64,000 bases of DNA. Source: a virus. Each line of letters begins with the position of its first letter. The first letter of the stretch is position 1. Location of the stretch: IMG/VR virus record IMGVR_UViG_3300045988_122441. One strand, 5' to 3'. The notes beneath the pieces were generated by a model. That model was given only the letters and a program-made list of their open reading frames with translations, was not told the DNA's origin and made no database searches. The position numbers and the translations under genes are program-made. This document shows positions 7,956-16,700 of this stretch, in pieces.

Positions 7956-8522
7956 ATGAATTTTTATATAGCCGATATGCATTTTGGTCATAAGAATGTG
8001 ATCAGATATGACAATAGACCATTTGATTCTATCGAAGAAATGGATAAGGCAATGATTACACTGTGGAATGAAACTGTCGGAGATAATGATGTTGTTTATA
8101 TTCTCGGCGACTTTAGCTGGTATAAAGAAGAAAAGACGGCATTTATTCTTGGATGCCTTAAAGGACACAAGGTTCTTATCAGAGGGAATCACGACCATAT
8201 TTCTCCAAAAGTCGCAAGACACTTTGAACGGATTTGTGAATATGCAGAAATCAAAGATGGAGAAGAAAAAGTTGTCATGTCTCACTATCCAATGCCTTTC
8301 TGGAATGGTCAGCACAGAAACAGTATTCATTTGTATGGTCATGTCCATAACTCACATCAGTATAATTACTGTCTGAGCATTGAGAAGGAGTTGCGTCAGT
8401 TACAGGATATCCCGATGAGAATGTTTAATGTTGGGTGTATGATGACGTATATGAATTACATGCCGAGAACATTAAATGAAATTTTGGAAAGCAAAGGAGG
8501 TACAGAGGATGGACAGAAGTAA
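7956..8522 (+). CDS. Calcineurin-like metallophosphoesterase
   Basis: Motifs IADMHFGH, GDFS, RGNHDH, SHYP, YGHVH. Confidence 0.8.
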   Translation: MNFYIADMHFGHKNVIRYDNRPFDSIEEMDKAMITLWNETVGDNDVVYILGDFSWYKEEKTAFILGCLKGHKVLIRGNHDHISPKVARHFERICEYAEIKDGEEKVVMSHYPMPFWNGQHRNSIHLYGHVHNSHQYNYCLSIEKELRQLQDIPMRMFNVGCMMTYMNYMPRTLNEILESKGGTEDGQK

Positions 8523-8811
8523 CTTTGATCCACAGGTCGGTGATTCTGTAAGGGTTCGATCGTGGGAAGATATGAAAAGTGAGTTCGGTATCGATGAGGA
8601 TGGAAATATCCCGTGCAGATTTTCCTTTACCGAATATATGAAAGATATGTGCGGGGATGAATTTACCATTACGAAGATTCACGATGGTAAATATAGCGGA
8701 CATGAAAAGGGGAGCGTTATGTTGTCGGTTGATATGCTCGAACCTATCCCAGAAGAAGAAATCGACGGGACGGAAATTGATGATTTCCTGAGTGCAATGA
8801 AGGTAAATTAG
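8509..8811 (+). CDS. Hypothetical protein (100 aa)
   Basis: ATG with RBS aaggagg 10 nt upstream; overlaps the upstream gene end by 14 nt. Confidence 0.55.
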   Translation: MDRSNFDPQVGDSVRVRSWEDMKSEFGIDEDGNIPCRFSFTEYMKDMCGDEFTITKIHDGKYSGHEKGSVMLSVDMLEPIPEEEIDGTEIDDFLSAMKVN

Positions 8812-8824
8812 TGGAGGTAGTGTT

Positions 8825-9232
8825 ATGAGGCTTATCATAGTGACTGGACAAGAGGGTGCGGACGTAGAGAACCTACTCCGCAGAACTATATCCGAAAATA
8901 AATACACGTATGATGATGCTCCTAAAATGGTCTTTCCTGAAAGGTCTAGCTTGCTTTATCATCCAAGAAGCCTTTACAACAACGTTAGAAAAGTTGTCAG
9001 CGATCATATTGACAGGAATGAAGATTTGTTCGTAGCAACATTTTCTGATTATGCTATGTATGGCGTAAGGGTTGAGATAAGACTTGCTGATTTTGAAGGC
9101 GCTAAGCTGTATCAGATGATGTCAGATGGCGAGGTTGTGGTATCCGAGATAGATAGTAATGGGAAATGCCAATATATCAAGGGAGTATTTGATGTTTTGG
9201 ACGAAGCTCTTAATGACGTACTTGGATGGTAG
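8825..9232 (+). CDS. Hypothetical protein (135 aa)
   Basis: ORF with RBS ggaggtag upstream. Confidence 0.55.
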   Translation: MRLIIVTGQEGADVENLLRRTISENKYTYDDAPKMVFPERSSLLYHPRSLYNNVRKVVSDHIDRNEDLFVATFSDYAMYGVRVEIRLADFEGAKLYQMMSDGEVVVSEIDSNGKCQYIKGVFDVLDEALNDVLGW

Positions 9233-9537
9233 AAAGATATTACTGCACATAGTGCATTAGTACACTCACAATGAAGATAGATTGTTTTTGGGCGAAAGTA
9301 TTTAATACGATAGCAATACATAATAGCAATCACTCCTGCTGTTAGCGAGAGTTCGACAATGGTACTTGCATCTCAAAATTACATAAGATTTGAAAAAGAC
9401 TATCAACTGCGTTGACACTAATTTTCAAATCATACGAATTTTTCGATGGCATGATATAGCATATGCTAAACCGAAGTTTCCAGAACGAGGAAACCGGTTT
9501 ACGCATACGGATTGTGAGTAAATAAAAAGGAGGCTAC

Positions 9538-10824
9538 ATGGGATATAAAGATATATATAAATTGCAGGAAATTGGGGGAGCAAAAGCCAAATGCGATTTC
9601 ATAAAAGAACACGCAGATGATGGATATTTTAAAAGATTTCTATATTTTGCGTTGAATCCGTTAATTACATACAATATATCGAAAAAATCACTGGATAAGC
9701 TTGTGACTGAAGAGGGTACAGAGGGTCAAAAGCTTATCTTTTTTAATGATATTTTCGAGTGCTGCGAACACCTTTCAAGATTGAGAAGTATGGATGATGC
9801 AACATTACGGCAGGTAAAAATGCTGTTAAATGTGAAATATTCCGATAAGGCAGAAAGAGAGTTATATATGCAACTGCTCTCAAAGACAGTACGTCTCGGT
9901 ATTACAGGTAAGACCATTAACAAGATCATTCCGAATCTTATTCCTGAATGGGAAGTACAGCAAGCTTATCCGGTTGATAAGTATCCTTTGAAAGAAGGAA
10001 CAGAATTCTGGTTGACACAGAAGCTCAACGGAGCAAGAGCAACCTTATATGAAGGTCAGCTGCTTGCAAGAAGTGGTATGCCATACAAAGGTCTGGAACA
10101 TATCACTTCTGCATTGTCCTGGTTAAGAGTGGCAGGATTCGTTGCTGACGGAGAATTGACACTCAAAGACAAAGGAAATCTGAGTGATAACGAAGCGTTT
10201 AGAGTTGCAACTGGAGTTCTCAACTCGGATAGTGTTAATAAAACGGTGATTTGCTACACGATTTTTGACATGATTCCAATCAGAGATTTCGATTCACCTG
10301 CTCCACAGACTACATATCGTTATCGTCGAGAGATTCTGAATCAGTTCGCCGAAAGGATTGATGATACGAATGGCGCGGTTAAGGTTCTGCCTGTTTTGTA
10401 TCATGGAAACGATCAATCCAAAATAGATGAGCTTTTGGAACAGATGGTTCGTGAGGACAAAGAGGGACTGATGATTAATACGGATGTTCCATATAGAAGA
10501 ACACGACATAAAGGTATTCTTAAAGTAAAGAGATTCTATACTATGGACTTACCAATTATCAGATGTGAAGGTGGAACTGGAAGACTGAAAGGGACTCTCG
10601 GAGCTTTTGTTCTGGAGTACAAAGGTAATGAGGTCAAAGTTGGTTCTGGATTCACTGACGAACAAAGAGAAAAATTCTGGCGAGATAGAGATGATCTGAC
10701 AGGAACGCTTTGTGAAGTAAAATATAAAGAAATTTCACAGGATAAGGGAACTGGGCTTGAAAGCTTGCAGTTCCCCGTTTTTGTAGGATTGAGAACAGAT
10801 AAAACAGAAGTAAGTTACGGATAA
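9538..10824 (+). CDS. ATP-dependent DNA ligase
   Basis: Nucleotidyltransferase motif I KLNGAR (KxxG), motif IV EGLMIN, motif V LKVK. OB-domain pattern GAFVLEYKGNEVKVGSGFTDEQRE. Confidence 0.85.
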   Translation: MGYKDIYKLQEIGGAKAKCDFIKEHADDGYFKRFLYFALNPLITYNISKKSLDKLVTEEGTEGQKLIFFNDIFECCEHLSRLRSMDDATLRQVKMLLNVKYSDKAERELYMQLLSKTVRLGITGKTINKIIPNLIPEWEVQQAYPVDKYPLKEGTEFWLTQKLNGARATLYEGQLLARSGMPYKGLEHITSALSWLRVAGFVADGELTLKDKGNLSDNEAFRVATGVLNSDSVNKTVICYTIFDMIPIRDFDSPAPQTTYRYRREILNQFAERIDDTNGAVKVLPVLYHGNDQSKIDELLEQMVREDKEGLMINTDVPYRRTRHKGILKVKRFYTMDLPIIRCEGGTGRLKGTLGAFVLEYKGNEVKVGSGFTDEQREKFWRDRDDLTGTLCEVKYKEISQDKGTGLESLQFPVFVGLRTDKTEVSYG

Positions 10825-10839
10825 TCAGGAGGAGTAGAA

Positions 10840-11292
10840 ATGTTATTACACAGTCAAAAGTCATTGTATTACGCAGATGGAGAAGAGATTACTAATCTGA
10901 CCGATATGGTTTTGGTTGCAATCAATGAGGTTACAAAGATTGATCCAGATAACAGAGATGATGGTAGTTATAACTACGGTGTGGATTTTTCAAATATACC
11001 GCCATTTAACCCATATATGATAGCAGCAACTCTTGAAGAACTCGGTTATAACGCCGAGTGTTTGGAGTCAAATGGATGGGAGCATGATTATTGGCAGTCA
11101 TTTTATCATCCAGACAATAAGAAATTCCCTCCTATGCAGACTTCTGGAACAAGCTTAATTCATCAATGTCGTTTGCATGGAAATGAAGAAAAGTGCGGAG
11201 AGTATCCTCGCTTAGAAGATAATCCGGAATACGCAGATCGTATTAAGCACGGGCTGGAGCTGCTTAAAAAAGCAATGGATCGTGCTGAATAG
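10840..11292 (+). CDS. Hypothetical protein (150 aa)
   Basis: ORF with RBS aggaggag upstream. Confidence 0.55.
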   Translation: MLLHSQKSLYYADGEEITNLTDMVLVAINEVTKIDPDNRDDGSYNYGVDFSNIPPFNPYMIAATLEELGYNAECLESNGWEHDYWQSFYHPDNKKFPPMQTSGTSLIHQCRLHGNEEKCGEYPRLEDNPEYADRIKHGLELLKKAMDRAE

Positions 11293-11317
11293 GATAAATA
11301 AATCATTAAAGGAGGCG

Positions 11318-11500
11318 ATGTCTATGATTGGACTCGTAATTTGCACATTATTAATTTGTGCAACGGTAATTATATGCATCTTGGGGTGGAAATACCTGGA
11401 TGAAAGAGATGATCTGTCGTATCAGAGATGGAATGCACTTGATACAAAGATTTCAAATATCGAAGAGTTATTAGAAAAGAAAGACGGAGGCAGAGGATAA
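11318..11500 (+). CDS. Small membrane protein (1 TM)
   Basis: ATG after RBS aaggaggc. Hydrophobic segment IGLVICTLLICATVIICILGW. Confidence 0.5.
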   Translation: MSMIGLVICTLLICATVIICILGWKYLDERDDLSYQRWNALDTKISNIEELLEKKDGGRG

Positions 11501-11679
11501 TGAATCCAGTATTTTGGTTCCTGGTATTTCTTGCGGCTGTTGTGTTATGGCTTGCGATTTCCTTCATCTTTATTCCTTTGGGAGGTTTACTCCTGAAACT
11601 GGTGAAGAGAATTTTAAATATTATCAACTATGAGGAAAACGATTCAGAGTCAGAAGAGGAAGAAAATGAAGAAAACTAA
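11500..11679 (+). CDS. Small membrane protein (59 aa, below the ORF-track cutoff) with acidic tail
   Basis: Hand-translated as MNPVFWFLVFLAAVVLWLAISFIFIPLGGLLLKLVKRILNIINYEENDSESEEEENEEN. RBS ggaggcagagg. ATGA overlap with the upstream stop. Confidence 0.4.
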   Translation: MNPVFWFLVFLAAVVLWLAISFIFIPLGGLLLKLVKRILNIINYEENDSESEEEENEEN

Positions 11680-12550
11680 GAAGAAAAATGGTTTAATCGG
11701 AGCTATTGCAACAGCGGTAGTTGTCATTGTTGCATTGGTATGTGTTGTGAGATGTGTAGAAAAGATCCCGGTAGGATACGAGGCTGTTGTGTATAACATC
11801 AACGGCGGTGTCTCTGGAGAAACATTAGATACAGGATGGCATATTGTATCTCCGATGAAGAAGATAAAGAATTTCACAATCAGTAATGAGCAGATTATCC
11901 TGAGCAAAGACAGCAGAGAAGGAAGCGAAGGGGACGACTCCTTTAAAGTTTCCACGTCTGATGATGCAATGCTGGCGATTAGTTTCCAGATGTCCTACAG
12001 ATTTAATCCGGAAACGCTTGTTGATACATATAAGAAGTTCAAAGGAATGGATGGAGAGTCGATCGTAACCAGTAGAGTAAAGACTGTTCTCAAGTCTAAA
12101 GTGTCTGAGGTAACGACGGACTACTCAATGATGGATATCTACTCCGGAAATCGTAGTGAAATCAACAATAAGATTACAGAGTATCTGAACAATGCTTTCG
12201 AGAAAGAGTACGGTATTCAGGTGCTTGATGCAAGCATTATTGATGTTCATCCAGACGATAAGCTGAAAGAATCTATCGACAATAGAGTAACAGCACTGCA
12301 GCAGAAGCAGCAGGCTCAGGTAGAACAGGAAACTGCAAAAGTTCAGGCAGAAACAGCTCTTATTAAGGCAAAGAATGAAGCAGATATCAAGGTTACAAAA
12401 GCAGAGGCAGAAGCTAAGGCAAATAAGCTGAAATCTGAGAGCTTAACACCAGAACTTATCCAGATGACAGAAGCAGAAGCAAGACTTAAACATGGCTGGG
12501 TTACTGTTCAGGGAGCAGATGCGACAGTTGTTGACGCGAGTGAAAAATAA
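11666..12550 (+). CDS. SPFH/Band-7 (stomatin/prohibitin/HflKC-like) membrane protein
   Basis: N-terminal TM (LIGAIATAVVVIVALVCVV) followed by IPVGYEAVVYN...GWHIVSP, typical of the SPFH domain. Long Q/A/E/K coiled-coil tail. Start taken at the internal ATG. Confidence 0.75.
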   Translation: MKKTKKKNGLIGAIATAVVVIVALVCVVRCVEKIPVGYEAVVYNINGGVSGETLDTGWHIVSPMKKIKNFTISNEQIILSKDSREGSEGDDSFKVSTSDDAMLAISFQMSYRFNPETLVDTYKKFKGMDGESIVTSRVKTVLKSKVSEVTTDYSMMDIYSGNRSEINNKITEYLNNAFEKEYGIQVLDASIIDVHPDDKLKESIDNRVTALQQKQQAQVEQETAKVQAETALIKAKNEADIKVTKAEAEAKANKLKSESLTPELIQMTEAEARLKHGWVTVQGADATVVDASEK

Positions 12551-12637
12551 TTAAATAAGAAACTCGGCTGCTATATATAGATATTTTCCTCAAGAAATCG
12601 CAAGTATTAGTAGCCGAGTAATAAAAGAGGTGGATTT

Positions 12638-12937
12638 ATGAATAATGCAATGAAATTTATATGTCGGCTTACCTCGAATGGAGCAAATCAAGGTGTTATT
12701 GATTCATTTTCTGGATCTAATAGCTATTGGTTTGCTTCTATTTTATTCAAAAGATTTATTAGAAATAACGCAACCATCATGTATGATCCGAAGAACCAAT
12801 GCTTTGGAACTCGTATAGGCACGAGGGTATACGACGTGACCGGAGATGTTACAGAAAATCATAAATGGATTTCATGGTTGGAATACTCTAATAAAGCATC
12901 CAAAGAGAAAATCACAAAAGAAAATATTATGTTTTAA
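12638..12937 (+). CDS. Hypothetical protein (99 aa)
   Basis: ORF with RBS agaggtgg upstream. Confidence 0.5.
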   Translation: MNNAMKFICRLTSNGANQGVIDSFSGSNSYWFASILFKRFIRNNATIMYDPKNQCFGTRIGTRVYDVTGDVTENHKWISWLEYSNKASKEKITKENIMF

Positions 12938-13191
12938 ACCGTAATGATATTACTGCTTTGCAGTGCTTCTTACTGTTAGTGGAAGTGACACCTTGAGAAG
13001 GAAAGGAGGAGACGCCTCCAGCACGGCAGGCGCTGCCGCATCCGGATCAGACCCAGAAGACTCCGACGAGAAATCGATAAATTAACCATAACACACTGAG
13101 AATCAATAATCCCCATACCAAGTCGAGTCTCCAGATGCGCGGGATACCGGCGATGAATTCCAGGTTACCGTACATTAGATTACAGTTTAAA
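12933..13191 (+). ncRNA. Structured element D of the 4-member family
   Basis: Closing helix tttaaac-c-gtaat (12933-12945) / attac-a-gtttaaa (13179-13191). G at 12946. Hairpin 1 is actgc-ttt-gcagt. Hairpin 2 is cttc-tt-act-gtt-agt-g-gaag. 3' motif gtacattag. Confidence 0.7.
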
Positions 13192-13210
13192 CAAAGAAAG
13201 GAGCATACAT

Positions 13211-13429
13211 ATGGCTGAGAAGTATCTTATTGTAATGACAACTGTGCTTGTTGCGACACAGGTAATAAGAATCACACAGAATTTCGTACAGCTTTCAAGA
13301 CAGAACAAAGCAATCAAAAGAGAGCTTGATAGAGTTGGAGAAATTACTGATGACGATATCGCAACACAGAAGCGATTCTTTAGAATTGCCTGCGAATATT
13401 TGGATGAAAAGAGGGAACAGGATGAGTAA
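13211..13429 (+). CDS. Hypothetical small protein (72 aa), N-terminal hydrophobic helix
   Basis: RBS aaaggagc 7 nt upstream; directly downstream of element D. Confidence 0.5.
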   Translation: MAEKYLIVMTTVLVATQVIRITQNFVQLSRQNKAIKRELDRVGEITDDDIATQKRFFRIACEYLDEKREQDE

Positions 13430-13592
13430 AGATAATACGTGCCTTTTCTGCAATGAGCAAATTCCAGAGGGAAGAATGGTGTGTCCGGTGTGCGAGGAGG
13501 CACTGAGAAATATTCCTGCTGGAAAGTATACAACGAAATCATTCCTTGCGAGATTAAAAAGAGAAGCAAAGAAACTGTTCCAAATCGCATAG
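13422..13592 (+). CDS. Small zinc-ribbon protein
   Basis: MSKDNTCLFCNEQIPEGRMVCPVCEE carries two CxxC pairs. ATGA-type overlap with the upstream gene. Confidence 0.5.
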   Translation: MSKDNTCLFCNEQIPEGRMVCPVCEEALRNIPAGKYTTKSFLARLKREAKKLFQIA

Positions 13593-14010
13593 GATTTTGC
13601 CCGGTTGAGATAACATACCACGGCTGTAAGTAGCGGTCGGAATCCAGGGTGGATACATTGAAAAGAATGCGTTGTGGTTGGTGCATATCAATTCGTGTAT
13701 TCGGGCGTAAAAGAAACAGAGGTTAGGTAGTATTGCACTATCAAAGCGAAACGATGAGCTTCTGCGATGCGTAAGGCATTGCCTCAGAGCCATTATTCCT
13801 TTTCTGGCTCAAGAAATACCCTGGTAAGCTAAGACGGGAAACACTAATCCCCTTGCTCCTCAGAAGAAAGACTGAAAAGACTATCGGCATCATACTTGAG
13901 ATGTTGTTGTGGTTGAAATATCGCCATGCGTAAAGGCAATGGGTGAGGTCAGGAGTGAAGTTACTTATGCAATAAATTTGAGAATAAGAAAACAGATATG
14001 AGGTGAAATC

Positions 14011-16224
14011 ATGAGAGTTTTACTGTTATTAAGAGGAAGCGCCGGATGCGGAAAATCAACATGGATTGAGCAGAACGGGTTAAAGCAGTATGCATTATCT
14101 GCTGATGATATCCGAATGATGTATTCAAGCCCTCAGATGATGCCGGATGGAACACACGCAATCAATCAGTCAAATGACGGAGTAGTATGGAAAACACTGT
14201 TTAATATTCTGGAAACTAGAATGAGAAATGGAGAGTTTACAGTAATTGATGCCACAAACTCCAAAACAGCTGAGATGAATAGATACAAGAAGATGTGTGA
14301 CGAATACAGATACAGAATGTTTTGCGTTGATTTTACTACGATTCCGATTGAAGTTACAAAGGAAAGAAATCGTGGACGGCAGGAGTTGAAAAGAGTACCG
14401 GAGGAAGTAATCGATAAGATGTATGCAAGATTTGAGACACAGAAGATTCCGTCTGGTATCAAGGTCATTCAGCCGGATGAGTTAAACGCTGTGTTTATGA
14501 AGAAATTTGATCTGAATCAGTATAAGCGCATCCATCATATTGGAGATATTCATGGATGTAGAACTGCACTGGATACATATTTCAAGATGAATGGCGGATT
14601 CAAAGATGATGAGTTTTATATCTTCTGTGGCGATTACACAGATCGTGGAATTGAAAATGCAGATGTCCTGAAATTCCTCCTTTCAACCTACGATAAGCCG
14701 AATGTTTTACTGCTTGAGGGGAATCATGAACGGTGGTTATGGGACTGGGCGCATGACAAAGTAAGCAATTCAAAGGAATTTGAGTTCCATACAAAAGCTG
14801 AGATTGAAGATGCCGGAATTGACAAGAAATCAATCAGAAAGCTTTACAGAAGAATGGGACAGTGTGCTTACTATGAGTTTCGTGGCAAGACAGTCCTTGC
14901 TACTCATGCAGGATTGAGCTTCATCCCAGAGAATTTAACTACAGTCGCTACGAGTCAGATGATTAAGGGCGTTGGAAGATATAATGATGCCGAGCAGGTC
15001 GCATCTACCTTTGCTGAAAAGATGGGCGATGGATTCTATCAGGTTCATGGTCATAGAAATACCAAAGGTCTTCCGGTAAAAGTCAACGCTCATGTCTTCA
15101 ATCTTGAAGGCAGAGTTGAGTTTGGTGGAAATCTGAGAGCCGTTATCCTCGATAACGATGGGGCTTTCGTCCCTGTTGAGGTACAGAATACCGTCTTAAG
15201 AGAGCCTGAGAAATTAGAGTCCAGTGCTGACTCTGTCGGTGAGTGGATTTTTGAATTACGTCGTAATAAATACATCAAAGAAAAACAGTACGGCAATATT
15301 TCATCTTTCAACTTCACCAAAACAGCGTTTTATGACAAAATCTGGGACGAACAGACAACAAAAGCAAGAGGATTGTACATCGACATTCCAAAGCAGAAAG
15401 TTGTAGCCAGAGCATACGATAAGTTCTTCAATGTGAATGAGCGTCCAGAAACAAAACTTGAGATGTTGCATGACAAGCTGTCATTCCCAGTGAGAGCGTA
15501 TGTTAAGGAAAACGGATATCTCGGAATCGTTGCGAATAATCCAGAAACAGGAGAGCTGTTTGTGACAACGAAATCCAATCCGGAAGGAGCATTCGCAGAA
15601 TGGTTTATGGAGGCACTTCAGAAACAGCTCGGCGAAGAAACGCTTGACAAAGTAAATGAGTATTCAAAAGAGCATAACGTATCCTTTGTGTTTGAAAATG
15701 TAGACATGGAGCGTGACCCGCACATCATCAAATACCCAGAAAGTAAAGTATTTCTGCTTGATATTGTAGTAAACGATATGAAGTTCCAGAAGCTGAGCTA
15801 TGAGGATATGTGTGACGTGGCTGACTCAATGAATATTCCACATAAAGAGCTTGGCTATGAGATCGATACATGGCAGGAGTTCTTTGACTGGTACAACGAA
15901 GTGATGGTAGAAGATTACAGATACAACGGAAGACTCATTGAAGGATTTGTGGTTGAAGATTCAGATGGATACATGGTTAAGCTGAAACTGGCATACTACC
16001 ATTTCTGGAAGTTCATGAGATCTATCGCTCATGAGGCAATCAGAAAAGGCTATATCGACCCGAAGAGAACATCAGCACTGGTTACTCCTATTGCAAATCA
16101 GTTCTACTCATGGGTAAAAACACTGCATGATGTGGAAGATGTTGACAGTGTCCCGAGGGATATTTGTACTCTGAGAGATATGTTCTATGAATCCGACTCC
16201 GGTAAGAAATTCAAATATGAATAG
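14011..16224 (+). CDS. Pnkp-type RNA repair enzyme: polynucleotide 5'-kinase / 2',3'-phosphatase / ligase-like adenylyltransferase
   Basis: N-terminal P-loop GSAGCGKST. Central lambda-phosphatase-type motifs GDIHGC, GDYTDRG, GNHE, THAG, GHRN. C-terminal nucleotidyltransferase motif I VKENGYLG (KxxG). The three-domain order matches bacterial Pnkp. Confidence 0.8.
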   Translation: MRVLLLLRGSAGCGKSTWIEQNGLKQYALSADDIRMMYSSPQMMPDGTHAINQSNDGVVWKTLFNILETRMRNGEFTVIDATNSKTAEMNRYKKMCDEYRYRMFCVDFTTIPIEVTKERNRGRQELKRVPEEVIDKMYARFETQKIPSGIKVIQPDELNAVFMKKFDLNQYKRIHHIGDIHGCRTALDTYFKMNGGFKDDEFYIFCGDYTDRGIENADVLKFLLSTYDKPNVLLLEGNHERWLWDWAHDKVSNSKEFEFHTKAEIEDAGIDKKSIRKLYRRMGQCAYYEFRGKTVLATHAGLSFIPENLTTVATSQMIKGVGRYNDAEQVASTFAEKMGDGFYQVHGHRNTKGLPVKVNAHVFNLEGRVEFGGNLRAVILDNDGAFVPVEVQNTVLREPEKLESSADSVGEWIFELRRNKYIKEKQYGNISSFNFTKTAFYDKIWDEQTTKARGLYIDIPKQKVVARAYDKFFNVNERPETKLEMLHDKLSFPVRAYVKENGYLGIVANNPETGELFVTTKSNPEGAFAEWFMEALQKQLGEETLDKVNEYSKEHNVSFVFENVDMERDPHIIKYPESKVFLLDIVVNDMKFQKLSYEDMCDVADSMNIPHKELGYEIDTWQEFFDWYNEVMVEDYRYNGRLIEGFVVEDSDGYMVKLKLAYYHFWKFMRSIAHEAIRKGYIDPKRTSALVTPIANQFYSWVKTLHDVEDVDSVPRDICTLRDMFYESDSGKKFKYE

Positions 16225-16236
16225 GAGATGATAAAT

Positions 16237-16365
16237 ATGGTGGTCAAAATGATTATCATTGGTGCGGTTTGCTTTCTCGTCGGGCTTATGCTCGGCGTGA
16301 TGCTTACTGCCGTAGTCAGTATTGACAGAGTAAACCGAGAACAAAGAGGTAATACATATGACTGA
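16237..16365 (+). CDS. Possible small membrane protein (42 aa, below track cutoff)
   Basis: Hand-translated as MVVKMIIIGAVCFLVGLMLGVMLTAVVSIDRVNREQRGNTYD. RBS aggaga upstream. Confidence 0.3.
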   Translation: MVVKMIIIGAVCFLVGLMLGVMLTAVVSIDRVNREQRGNTYD

Positions 16366-16690
16366 GGTTATGACAAGCGAAGGACGAGTATCAAGAGCAG
16401 ATGCTGCGAGAATACACTTCGCAAAGCACTATGCAATAATGAGAAAATACCATACACAGCTAACCAGAATCAAGAACAGAACTATTAGTAAGAATAACAA
16501 AACTGGAAGAACTGGTGTGTGGTTAGACCAGGAGCATAATAGATATCGAGCATATATCACATTACATAGAAAGAAAATACATCTTGGTTGTTTTGAAAAA
16601 TATGAAGATGCAGTTGCGGCAAGAGAGAAAGCGGAACATGAATATTTTGATCCGTTAATTGCAGCTATTGATGAAGAATTTGGAACATAA
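16358..16690 (+). CDS. AP2-domain DNA-binding protein
   Basis: NKTGRTGVWLDQEHNRYRAYITLHRKKIHLGCFEKYEDAVAAREKAE matches the AP2/ERF-type pattern (G..GV......W.A.I......LG.F....eAa.A) seen in phage AP2 proteins. Confidence 0.65.
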   Translation: MTEVMTSEGRVSRADAARIHFAKHYAIMRKYHTQLTRIKNRTISKNNKTGRTGVWLDQEHNRYRAYITLHRKKIHLGCFEKYEDAVAAREKAEHEYFDPLIAAIDEEFGT

Positions 16691-16700
16691 GGAGGTTCCT

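Noticed and set aside
4981-13191. The four repeated elements might be a CRISPR array or a MITE family.
   Set aside because: The units are 260-290 nt, irregularly spaced (3 nt to 5.6 kb apart) and have divergent interiors. There are no short direct repeats with unique spacers. The terminal inverted repeats differ between copies and no target-site duplications are visible, which argues against recently transposed MITEs. The compensatory changes point to folded-RNA constraints instead.
13180-13686. 168-aa and 108-aa minus-strand ORFs.
   Set aside because: They are antisense to two RBS-preceded plus-strand genes and to element D. They have no RBS, a low-complexity Ser/Leu/Phe-rich composition, and every surrounding gene is on the + strand.
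9508-13942. TGCGTAA heptamers outside the att region (9511 minus strand, 13704, 13768, 13927) might form a genome-wide integrase or repressor regulon.
   Set aside because: A 7-mer is expected about 8 times by chance in 64 kb on both strands. Only the cluster of six or more within about 400 bp next to int is clearly non-random.
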